Of a stretch of DNA of 64,000 bases, positions 8,061 to 16,176 are shown piece by piece. Under the pieces are notes generated by a model. That model did no database searches, was not told the DNA's origin, and saw only the letters and a program-made list of their open reading frames with translations. The stretch's first letter is position 1, and each line of letters starts with the position of its first letter. The position numbers and the translations under genes are program-made. This stretch comes from Clostridia bacterium. Lineage in GTDB: Bacteria > Bacillota > Clostridia > Christensenellales > CAG-1252. The DNA is taken from assembly GCA_024685775.1 (NCBI GenBank), contig JAIKVL010000007.1, positions 15,627 through 79,626 on the forward strand. The letters run 5' to 3'.

Positions 8061-10349
8061 ATGGAAAAAACAGATTTGGACGGAAAGATCAAGGAGATGG
8101 CGGAAAGGATCCGCGAGCTGAGAGAGATCGAAGGGCTTTCGGTCTCCGATATGGCGGAGAAGACCGGCGTTTCCGAAGAAGAGTACGCGAAGTGCGAAAG
8201 AGGGGAAAGCGATTTGAACTTTACCTTCATCTATCGTTGCGCGAAAGCGTTCGGCGTCAACGTTACGGATATCATCGAGGGCTATTCTCCGATGCTGAAT
8301 TCCTACACCGTAACGCGCGTCGGATCGGGGCAAAAGATCGCTCAGGCGCACGGGATGACCTACTATAACCTTGCGTATGCTTTCCAAAACAGGATCGCCG
8401 AGCCGCTTTTCGTAAAAAGCGTTTACGATGCGGATAAAGCCGCGAAGGGAGAGATCGAGCTCACTTCTCACGCCGGGCAGGAATGCGACGTCGTGATCGA
8501 CGGCGCCCTGATGGTCCAAGTCGGCAGCCATACCGAGGTCCTCTACCCCGGCGACAGCATTTATTACGACAGCGGCACGCCGCACGGCATGATCGCGGTC
8601 GGCGGCAAGGACTGCACGTTTTACGCGATCGTCCTGAATCCGAGCGGTGAGCCCATTCCCGAGCTTACGCCCGTCAAAGCGATCGTGGACGAGAACGTCC
8701 AAAAGGGCGACGATAAGGATCGCGCCTATAAAAAGTTCATCGACGTCGTCGAGAACGAGCACGGAACGCCTACTTTCATTAAGTTTAAGAACACCGAAAA
8801 CTTCAATTTCGCGTTCGATATCGTGGACGAGGTCGCGAAGCGCGAACCCAACAAGATGTGTATGCTCCACGTCTCGAAGGATATGACCGAAAGGCGCTTC
8901 ACCTTCCTCGATATGAAAAAGGCGTCCAACCGTTGCGCGAACTATTTTAAGTCGCTCGGGATCAAGAAGGGAGATCGCGTCCTTCTCGTTATGAAGCGCC
9001 ACTATCAATTCTGGTTCGCGATGCTCGGACTCAATAAGCTCGGCGCGATCGCGATCCCGGGAACCAACCAGCTTTTGGAACACGATTTCGAGTATCGCTT
9101 CAATTCGGCGGAGATCGAAACCGTGATCTGCACCGCGGACGGTGATACCGCGCACCAAGTCGATCTCGCCGCGCCCCGTTGCCCCTCTCTCAAAAACAAA
9201 CTCATCGTAAACGGGACGAGGGAAGGTTGGCGCAATTTCGACGAGGAATATCCTCTGTACAGCACCCACTTCGAGCGCACGGAGTCTTCGCCGGGCGGCG
9301 ACGACACGATGCTGATGTTCTTTACGTCGGGAACGTCGGGATATCCGAAGATCGCGAGACATAACTACAAATATGCGCTCGGTCATTTCCATACCGCGAA
9401 ATATTGGCATAACGTCGATCCGGACGGCTTGCATTTTACGATCTCCGACACCGGTTGGGCAAAGGCGATGTGGGGCAAACTGTACGGGCAATGGCTTTGC
9501 GAAGCGGCGACCTTCGTTTACGACTTCGATCGCTTCGACGCGGCGACCATTCTTCCGATGTTCGCGAAGTATCATATCACGACGTTCTGCGCGCCGCCGA
9601 CGATGCTTCGCATGATGATCAAGCAGGATATTTCGAAATACGATTTTTCTTCCGTCCGTCATATGACGACGGCGGGCGAAGCGCTGAACCCCGAGGTCTA
9701 TCGCCAATTCGAGAAAGCGACGGGGCTTCAAATCCTCGAAGGTTTCGGCCAGTCCGAAAGCACGATGATCATCGGCAACCTCGTCGGCGCGCCGCATAAG
9801 ATCGGATCGATGGGTAAGCCCGCTCCGATCTACGACGTCGCTTTGATGGATTCCGAAGGAAAGATCGTCGGCGACGGCGAGACGGGCGAGATCGTCATCA
9901 GCCTGAAAAACGGTTCGCCGATCGGTCTCTTTACCGAGTACTACCGCGATCCCGAAAAGACCAAGGAAGCGCGCCACGACGGTTATTACCACACGGGCGA
10001 TCTCGCTTGGCGCGACGAAGACGGCTTCTACTGGTACGTCGGCAGAGCGGACGACGTCATCAAGTCGTCGGGTTACCGCATCGGACCGTTCGAGATCGAA
10101 AGCGTCATTATGGAGCTTCCCTACGTCTTGGAATGCGGCGTTTCCGCCGTTCCGGACGAGGTCAGAGGGCAGATCGTCAAAGCGAGCATCGTCCTGACGA
10201 AAGGGACCGAGCCGTCCGACGAACTCGTCAAGGAGATCCAAAATTACGTCAAGCAACATACCGCGCCGTATAAATATCCGAGGGTCGTCGTCTTCCGCGA
10301 CGAACTCCCGAAGACGACGAGCGGAAAGATCCAAAGAAACAAACTTTGA
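8061..10349 (+). CDS. XRE-HTH + cupin + acyl-CoA synthetase fusion, copy 2
   Basis: Same architecture and motifs as copy 1 (HAGQEC, FTSGTSGYPK, YHTGD, PKTTSGK); tandem paralog. Confidence 0.9.
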   Translation: MEKTDLDGKIKEMAERIRELREIEGLSVSDMAEKTGVSEEEYAKCERGESDLNFTFIYRCAKAFGVNVTDIIEGYSPMLNSYTVTRVGSGQKIAQAHGMTYYNLAYAFQNRIAEPLFVKSVYDADKAAKGEIELTSHAGQECDVVIDGALMVQVGSHTEVLYPGDSIYYDSGTPHGMIAVGGKDCTFYAIVLNPSGEPIPELTPVKAIVDENVQKGDDKDRAYKKFIDVVENEHGTPTFIKFKNTENFNFAFDIVDEVAKREPNKMCMLHVSKDMTERRFTFLDMKKASNRCANYFKSLGIKKGDRVLLVMKRHYQFWFAMLGLNKLGAIAIPGTNQLLEHDFEYRFNSAEIETVICTADGDTAHQVDLAAPRCPSLKNKLIVNGTREGWRNFDEEYPLYSTHFERTESSPGGDDTMLMFFTSGTSGYPKIARHNYKYALGHFHTAKYWHNVDPDGLHFTISDTGWAKAMWGKLYGQWLCEAATFVYDFDRFDAATILPMFAKYHITTFCAPPTMLRMMIKQDISKYDFSSVRHMTTAGEALNPEVYRQFEKATGLQILEGFGQSESTMIIGNLVGAPHKIGSMGKPAPIYDVALMDSEGKIVGDGETGEIVISLKNGSPIGLFTEYYRDPEKTKEARHDGYYHTGDLAWRDEDGFYWYVGRADDVIKSSGYRIGPFEIESVIMELPYVLECGVSAVPDEVRGQIVKASIVLTKGTEPSDELVKEIQNYVKQHTAPYKYPRVVVFRDELPKTTSGKIQRNKL

Positions 10350-10369
10350 TCTCTTCGTGCGCGCGTCGG

Positions 10370-10399
10370 TTGACAAGAAAACGTAATAAGTTTTATAAT
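10370..10399 (+). promoter_or_regulatory. internal sigma-A promoter upstream of P-loop/vor/ilvE genes
   Basis: TTGACA-18-TATAAT. Confidence 0.75.
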
Positions 10400-10440
10400 A
10401 ACAAAATACGCCGAAGGCGGTGAAAAAAAAGGGGAAAACA

Positions 10441-11115
10441 ATGGTCGAAAAGCGAATCACGATGATCTTGGGGCATTACGGAAGCGGAAAAACGAATATC
10501 GCCGTAAACCTCGCGCTCGCGCTGAAAAAGGCGGGGAAAAACGTCGCGATCGCCGACCTTGATATCGTCAACCCGTACTTCCGGACGAAGGACAGCCTTT
10601 CCGTCCTCGAAGAGGCGGGCATTCGCCTGATCTCCTCCGAGTACGCGAATACCAACCTCGACATTCCCGCTCTTCCGCAAGATATGTATGCGGTGACGGA
10701 CGATAAGAGTTTGACCTGCGTCCTCGATATCGGCGGCGATGATCGCGGCGCGCTCGTCCTCGGCAGGCTTCGCCCCGGCATCGTGGAAGAGGGAAATTAC
10801 GAGATGCTCCTCGTTATCAATAAATACCGTCCGCTGACCCAAGACGCGCCTTCGACCATCGAAGTCATGGCGGAGATCGAGGCGGCGGCGAATATGCGTT
10901 TTACGGGGATCATCAATAATTCCAACCTCGGCGCGGAGACCACTGCGGAAACCGTTTCGGATTCCCTCGAATATGCGCGCGAGATCTCGAAATTGACTTC
11001 GCTCCCGATCGTTATGACGACGGTGAAAGAAGAATTGATCAAAAAGCTGGAAGGAAAAGCGGAAAACCTCTTTCCGCTGACTTTACAGAAAAACTTTATA
11101 GAGAGTAAAATTTGA
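10441..11115 (+). CDS. P-loop NTPase (MinD/CobQ-like) of unknown function preceding the oxidoreductase genes
   Basis: Walker A GHYGSGKT, then DLDIVNPYFR and LDIGGDD; ATG 10441 preferred over GTG 10420. Confidence 0.8.
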   Translation: MVEKRITMILGHYGSGKTNIAVNLALALKKAGKNVAIADLDIVNPYFRTKDSLSVLEEAGIRLISSEYANTNLDIPALPQDMYAVTDDKSLTCVLDIGGDDRGALVLGRLRPGIVEEGNYEMLLVINKYRPLTQDAPSTIEVMAEIEAAANMRFTGIINNSNLGAETTAETVSDSLEYAREISKLTSLPIVMTTVKEELIKKLEGKAENLFPLTLQKNFIESKI

Positions 11116-11130
11116 AAAAGGAGATGGCTT

Positions 11131-11337
11131 ATGGCAAAACTGACTTTCAAAACCGACTACTGTAAGGGCTGCGGACTATGCGTGGACGTTTGCCCGAAAG
11201 ACGTTCTGCGTCTTGCTCCCGACAAGATTAACAAAAAAGGGCATCATCCCGTTGAAGCCGCGAAACCCGATCAATGCGTCGGATGCGGTTCCTGCGCGAT
11301 CATGTGCCCCGATTCTATTATAAAGGTGGAAAGGTGA
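11131..11337 (+). CDS. 2x[4Fe-4S] ferredoxin-like (delta) subunit of 2-oxoacid:ferredoxin oxidoreductase
   Basis: CKGCGLCVDVCP and CVGCGSCAIMCP. Confidence 0.92.
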   Translation: MAKLTFKTDYCKGCGLCVDVCPKDVLRLAPDKINKKGHHPVEAAKPDQCVGCGSCAIMCPDSIIKVER

Positions 11338-11341
11338 TAGT

Positions 11342-12409
11342 ATGGCAGATAAAGTTTTGATGAAAGGTAACGAAGCGATCGCCGAAGCGGCGATCAAAGC
11401 AGGTTGCAGACACTATTTCGGCTATCCCATCACGCCGCAGACCGAAGTCGCGGCTTATATGGCGAAGAGAATGCCGAAGATCGGCGGGACCTTCCTCCAA
11501 GCGGAGAGCGAGATCGCCGCGATCAATATGGTGTACGGCGTGGCGAGCGCGGGATTTCGCGCGATGACCTCTTCTTCCAGCCCGGGTATCTCCCTGAAAG
11601 GCGAGGGCATCAGTTACCTCGCGGGCGCGGATCTTCCGGCTCTCGTCGTTAACGTTCAGCGCGGCGGTCCGGGGCTCGGCGGTATCCAGCCCAGCCAATC
11701 CGATTATTTCCAAGCGACGCGCGGCGGCGGCCACGGCGACTATCATATGATCGTCCTCGCGCCTTCGTCCGTTCAGGAAATGGCGGAGCTTACCGTCAAA
11801 GGGTTCGAACTCGCGGATAAGTACAGAATGACCTCGATGATCCTTGCGGACGGAACGATGGGGCAGATGATGGAGCCCGTTGATCTGAATTTCACCGTCG
11901 CTCCCGCTCCCGAAAAACCGTGGGCGACGACGGGAACCAAGATGCAGCGCAAACACAATATCGTGAACTCCCTGTCCCTCGTCCCCGAAGAGCTTGAAAA
12001 GCTCAATATCGCGCGTTTCGAGCGTTACGACCTCGTCAAGAAGAACGAGACGATGTACGAAGAGTATATGATGGACGACGCGGATATCGCGATCGCCGCG
12101 TTCGGTATCGCCGCGAGAGTCTCGAAGAACGCCGTCAAAGAGGCGAGAAAGAGAGGGATCAAGGCGGGTCTTATTCGCCCGATCACTTTGTGGCCGTTCC
12201 CCGACGCACCTTTCAAGAAGGCGGCGGAGCACGTCAAAGAGATCATCTCGGTGGAACTTTCGATGGGACAAATGATCGAGGACGTTCGCCTCGCTTCGGA
12301 ATGCAAAGTCAAAGTTTCGCTGTGTAACCGCGTCGGAGGTATGATTCCTTCGCCCGAGCAGGTTTTGGACGCGATCGTTAAAGCAAGTAAGAACGGAGGT
12401 AAGGAATAA
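11342..12409 (+). CDS. vorB: 2-oxoacid:ferredoxin oxidoreductase alpha subunit (VorB-like, 3-methyl-2-oxobutanoate dehydrogenase)
   Basis: KGNEAIAEAAI, YFGYPITPQ, QAESE, TSSSSPG, QRGGPGLG motifs. Confidence 0.88.
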   Translation: MADKVLMKGNEAIAEAAIKAGCRHYFGYPITPQTEVAAYMAKRMPKIGGTFLQAESEIAAINMVYGVASAGFRAMTSSSSPGISLKGEGISYLAGADLPALVVNVQRGGPGLGGIQPSQSDYFQATRGGGHGDYHMIVLAPSSVQEMAELTVKGFELADKYRMTSMILADGTMGQMMEPVDLNFTVAPAPEKPWATTGTKMQRKHNIVNSLSLVPEELEKLNIARFERYDLVKKNETMYEEYMMDDADIAIAAFGIAARVSKNAVKEARKRGIKAGLIRPITLWPFPDAPFKKAAEHVKEIISVELSMGQMIEDVRLASECKVKVSLCNRVGGMIPSPEQVLDAIVKASKNGGKE

Positions 12410-13164
12410 TGATAGTTTACGATAAACCGCACGCGCTTTTGGACGTGCCTCTCCATTATTGCCCCGGCTGCACGCACGGTATTGTGCATAAACTGGTGGC
12501 GGAAGTTATAGACGAACTCGGCATCGAAGGCGAAACGATCGGTATCGCTCCCGTCGGTTGCTCGGTTATGGCGTACGATTATTTCGCCTGCGATATGATC
12601 GAAGCGGCGCACGGAAGAGCGCCCGCGGTCGCGACGGGCGTCAAGAGGGCGGATCCCTCCAAAGTCGTCTTTACCTACCAAGGCGACGGTGACCTCGCTT
12701 CCATCGGTATGGCGGAAACCGTGCACGCCGCGGCGAGAAACGAGAACATCACCGTTATCTTTATCAATAACGCGATCTACGGAATGACCGGTGGTCAAAT
12801 GGCGCCGACCTCCCTCGTCGGGCAGGTCACGCAGACATCTCCTTACGGCAGAGATCCCAAACTTTGCGGTTACCCGATCAAGGTTTGCGAGCTTCTTTCC
12901 GAGCTCGAAGGTCCGGAATATTTGGAGCGCGTCACCGTAAACAGCATTCCCCATATCCGCGCCGCGAAGAAGGCGATCAAGAAAGCTTTCCAAAACCAGA
13001 TCGAAGGGAAGGGCTTCTCTTTGATCGAAGTCGTCTCTTCCTGCCCGACGAACTGGGGTATGACGCCGCAAAACGCGTTGAAGTGGATCGAAGAAAAAAT
13101 GCTTCCGTACTATCCGCTCGGCGTGTATAAAGACAGAAGCGCAAGCGAGGAGGACAAGAAATAA
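12409..13164 (+). CDS. 2-oxoacid:ferredoxin oxidoreductase beta (TPP-binding) subunit
   Basis: YCPGCTHG, GCS, TPP motif GDGD...INN, GMTGGQMAPT, CP. Confidence 0.92.
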   Translation: MIVYDKPHALLDVPLHYCPGCTHGIVHKLVAEVIDELGIEGETIGIAPVGCSVMAYDYFACDMIEAAHGRAPAVATGVKRADPSKVVFTYQGDGDLASIGMAETVHAAARNENITVIFINNAIYGMTGGQMAPTSLVGQVTQTSPYGRDPKLCGYPIKVCELLSELEGPEYLERVTVNSIPHIRAAKKAIKKAFQNQIEGKGFSLIEVVSSCPTNWGMTPQNALKWIEEKMLPYYPLGVYKDRSASEEDKK

Positions 13165-13697
13165 TGAGCACGAGACAATTTCTTTTTTCCGGTTTCGGCG
13201 GACAAGGTATCCTTTTTGCGGGAAAATTCATCGCGTATAAAGGCTTGATCGAAGATAAAGAAGTCAGCTGGCTCCCGTCCTACGGCCCCGAAATGCGCGG
13301 CGGCACGGCGAGTTGCAGCGTCATCGTTTCGGATGAACCCGTCGGTTCCCCGATCGTCAACACGCCCGACGTCCTCGTCGCGATGAACCTTCCTTCTCTC
13401 GACCGTTTCGAGAGCAAGGTCGCGCCCGGCGGCATCATCTTTTTGGATTCGTCCCTGATCGAGCGCAAAGTCGAAAGGACGGACGTTACCGTCTTCGCTC
13501 TTCCCGCCACGCAAATGGCGTCCGATAACGGATTCCCGACTTTGGCGAATATGATCATCGTCGGCAAGATCCTCAAAGAGCTCGGGGAGTACAGCGACGA
13601 AAGTTTGAAAGCCGCGCTTGCGAAAGTCATCAGCGCGAAGCACGCCGATATGATGGAAGTGAACCGTAAGGCGATCGACCTCGGCGCGAACTATTAA
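13164..13697 (+). CDS. 2-oxoacid:ferredoxin oxidoreductase gamma subunit
   Basis: SGFGGQG, PSYGPEMRGG, NMIIVG. Confidence 0.92.
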   Translation: MSTRQFLFSGFGGQGILFAGKFIAYKGLIEDKEVSWLPSYGPEMRGGTASCSVIVSDEPVGSPIVNTPDVLVAMNLPSLDRFESKVAPGGIIFLDSSLIERKVERTDVTVFALPATQMASDNGFPTLANMIIVGKILKELGEYSDESLKAALAKVISAKHADMMEVNRKAIDLGANY

Positions 13698-13707
13698 GGA
13701 GAGAATT

Positions 13708-14772
13708 ATGGAAATCAAATACGTTAAAACGCAAAATCCCAAGGCGATGCCCCCGGAGGACACGCTCGGGTTCGGGAAATATTTTACCGATCATATGCTT
13801 ATGATGGATTGGTCTTCGGATCAAGGATGGCACGATCTCCGCATCGTCCCGTTCGCGAATCTTTCGATCCATCCCGCCTGCACCGCGCTTCATTACGGCT
13901 CGGAGATCTTCGAGGGCTTGAAGGCGTACAGGAGAGCGGACGGCGAAGTCCAACTCTTCCGTCCGATGGAGAATATCCGCAGAATGAATAACTCCGCCGA
14001 AAGGCTTTGCCTCCCCGAGATCCCCGAAGATCTCGCGCTCAAAGCGCTTCTCGCGTTCGTTTCTTCCGAAAAGGCTTGGACGCCGCATAAGAAGGGAACT
14101 TCTTTGTACCTCCGCCCCTTTATGTTCGGAAACGACGAGACCCTCGGCGTGCACGCCGTCCATCACGCGACCTTCGTGATCATCGCGTCTCCGGTCGGCA
14201 GCTACTACAAAGAGGGCATCAACCCCGTCAAGATCATGATCGAATCCGAAGACGTTCGCGCGGTGCGCGGCGGCACGGGCTACGCGAAGTGCGGCGGTAA
14301 CTACGCGGCTTCCAACCGCGCCGGAAAGAAAGCCGAAGATAAGGGCTATTCGCAGGTCCTTTGGCTGGACGGCGTCGAAAGGAAGTACATCGAGGAAGTC
14401 GGCGCGATGAACGTTATGTTCAAGATTGCGGGTAAGATCGTTACCCCGAAACTCACCGGCTCGATCCTTCCGGGTATCACGAGGAAGAGCTGTATCGAAG
14501 TCTTGAAGAAGGCGGGCTATACCGTCGAGGAAAGGCTTCTCTCCGTCGAAGAGCTCGGCAACGCGCTTAAAAACGGGACGCTCGAAGAGGCGTGGGGTTG
14601 CGGAACGGCAGCCGTCGTCTCCCCGATCGGCGAACTCTGCTATAAGGACGTGAAGTACACGATCAACGGCGGAAAGATCGGCGAAGTAACGCAGAAATTA
14701 TACGACACGTTGACCGGCATCCAATGGGGTGAGATCGAAGACACCTTCGGCTGGACGACCGTCGTAAAATAA
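13708..14772 (+). CDS. ilvE: branched-chain amino acid aminotransferase
   Basis: LHYGSEIFEGLKAY, LYLRP, PLP lysine in AKCGGNY, EEVGAMN, ILPGITR. Confidence 0.95.
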   Translation: MEIKYVKTQNPKAMPPEDTLGFGKYFTDHMLMMDWSSDQGWHDLRIVPFANLSIHPACTALHYGSEIFEGLKAYRRADGEVQLFRPMENIRRMNNSAERLCLPEIPEDLALKALLAFVSSEKAWTPHKKGTSLYLRPFMFGNDETLGVHAVHHATFVIIASPVGSYYKEGINPVKIMIESEDVRAVRGGTGYAKCGGNYAASNRAGKKAEDKGYSQVLWLDGVERKYIEEVGAMNVMFKIAGKIVTPKLTGSILPGITRKSCIEVLKKAGYTVEERLLSVEELGNALKNGTLEEAWGCGTAAVVSPIGELCYKDVKYTINGGKIGEVTQKLYDTLTGIQWGEIEDTFGWTTVVK

Positions 14773-14800
14773 GGAATAATCAAAAAAAAGGAGCAAAAGT

Positions 14801-16174
14801 ATGAATCAAGTGAAAATAACGGCAAGGCTTTGCGGAAATGAGAACGAACTGACGTTCAAAGAGAAATTCGAGATCGCGCGCTTGCTGGAAAAGCTATGCG
14901 TGGACGTTATCGAATTCCCCGCTCTATCGGGAAATAAAGAAGACGCCTTGCTAATTCGTACTTGCGCGTCCTTTATCAAAAACAGCGTTCTTTCCGTCCC
15001 CGTGCTCTCCGCGGCGCAGGCGGACGAAGCGGCTGCGTGCCTTTCGGGCGCGAATAACGCCGCATTGCGCGTCGAGCTCAGCGTCTCTCCCGTCGGGATG
15101 GAATATTTCCACCACAGAAAGGCGCCGAAGATGCTCGAACTCATCAAAGAACTCGTTTCTTACGCCGCGTCCAAGGCGAAGAAAGTGTATTTCTGCGCGC
15201 TCGACGCGACGCGCGCCGAAGAAGAATTCTTGAAGAGCGCGCTTCTCGCGGCGGAAGAAGCCGGCGCGAAAGCCGTCTATCTTTCGGACGACGCGGGCGA
15301 AATGCTCCCGGACGAGTTCGCGCTTTTTGCGGAAAAATTCGGAAAGGTCGTCGGCGTTCCGATCGGCGTCGCCGTCTCGAATAAGAGCGGATTTGCGCTT
15401 TCTTCCGCGGTGCTTGCGGTCAGAAAAGGCGTTAAAGCCGTCAAAACCGTGCTTTCGGGCGACGGGATCTCTCTTCAAGCGTTCGCGAACTGCATCAAAA
15501 ACAGCGGCGCGAGAAACGGGATCGCGCTCGGCGTTACCTATACCGAACTCAATCGTATTATCGCGCGCGTAAACGGCATTTCGGACGGCGGCGAGGGCTC
15601 GGCTCCCTCCAAAGCCGAACTCGGCGACGCGCCTTTCGTCAATTTGGACGAAAACGATAATAAGGAAGCCGTCACGGAAGCGGCGGCGAAACTCGGCTAC
15701 GATCTTTCAAACGAAGATCAGACGAAAGTGTACGAGGAATTCCTGCGCGTCGCGAATAAGAAAAAGAGAGTCGGCGCGAAAGAACTCGACGCGATCATCG
15801 CTTCGGCGGCGCTTCAAGTCCCCGCGACGTACAAGCTCGTCAGCTATGTGATCAATAACGGCAACATCATTCATTCTTCCGCGCAGATCGCCTTGCAAAA
15901 GGGCAATGAGACGCTCGCGGGCATCTCGATGGGTAACGGACCGATCGACGCGGCGTTCCTTTGCTTGGAAAGCATTTTGGGGACGCATTACGAGCTCGAC
16001 GATTTCGAGATCCAGTCGGTGACCGAAGGAAAAGAGGCGATGGGCTCCGCGCTCGTCAAACTCCGCAAAGACGGGAAACTCTATTCCGGCAAGGGTATTT
16101 CGACCGATATCATCGGGGCTTCGATTCGCGCCTATCTCAGCGCGGCGAATAAGATCGCATACGAGGAGGAATAA
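14801..16174 (+). CDS. LeuA (2-isopropylmalate synthase)-like protein with degenerate catalytic domain and intact C-terminal allosteric domain
   Basis: EKFEIARLLEKLCVDVIE matches the LeuA N-terminus but DTTLRDGxQ is absent; HxHND reads AVSNK; C-terminal GNGPIDAAF...GKGISTDIIGASIRAYLSA. Confidence 0.85.
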   Translation: MNQVKITARLCGNENELTFKEKFEIARLLEKLCVDVIEFPALSGNKEDALLIRTCASFIKNSVLSVPVLSAAQADEAAACLSGANNAALRVELSVSPVGMEYFHHRKAPKMLELIKELVSYAASKAKKVYFCALDATRAEEEFLKSALLAAEEAGAKAVYLSDDAGEMLPDEFALFAEKFGKVVGVPIGVAVSNKSGFALSSAVLAVRKGVKAVKTVLSGDGISLQAFANCIKNSGARNGIALGVTYTELNRIIARVNGISDGGEGSAPSKAELGDAPFVNLDENDNKEAVTEAAAKLGYDLSNEDQTKVYEEFLRVANKKKRVGAKELDAIIASAALQVPATYKLVSYVINNGNIIHSSAQIALQKGNETLAGISMGNGPIDAAFLCLESILGTHYELDDFEIQSVTEGKEAMGSALVKLRKDGKLYSGKGISTDIIGASIRAYLSAANKIAYEEE

Positions 16175-16176
16175 CG

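Noticed and set aside
5728-10460. Very long antisense ORFs (766 and 832 aa); also 17527-18678, 25829-26884, 33681-39389, 41730-47933, 62466-63965
   Set aside because: Shadow frames of real genes. Host codon bias avoids TTA/CTA/TCA, so the opposite strand lacks stops. Translations are low-complexity (R/D/V-rich) with no motifs or SD, and they are much shorter in the AT-rich islands.
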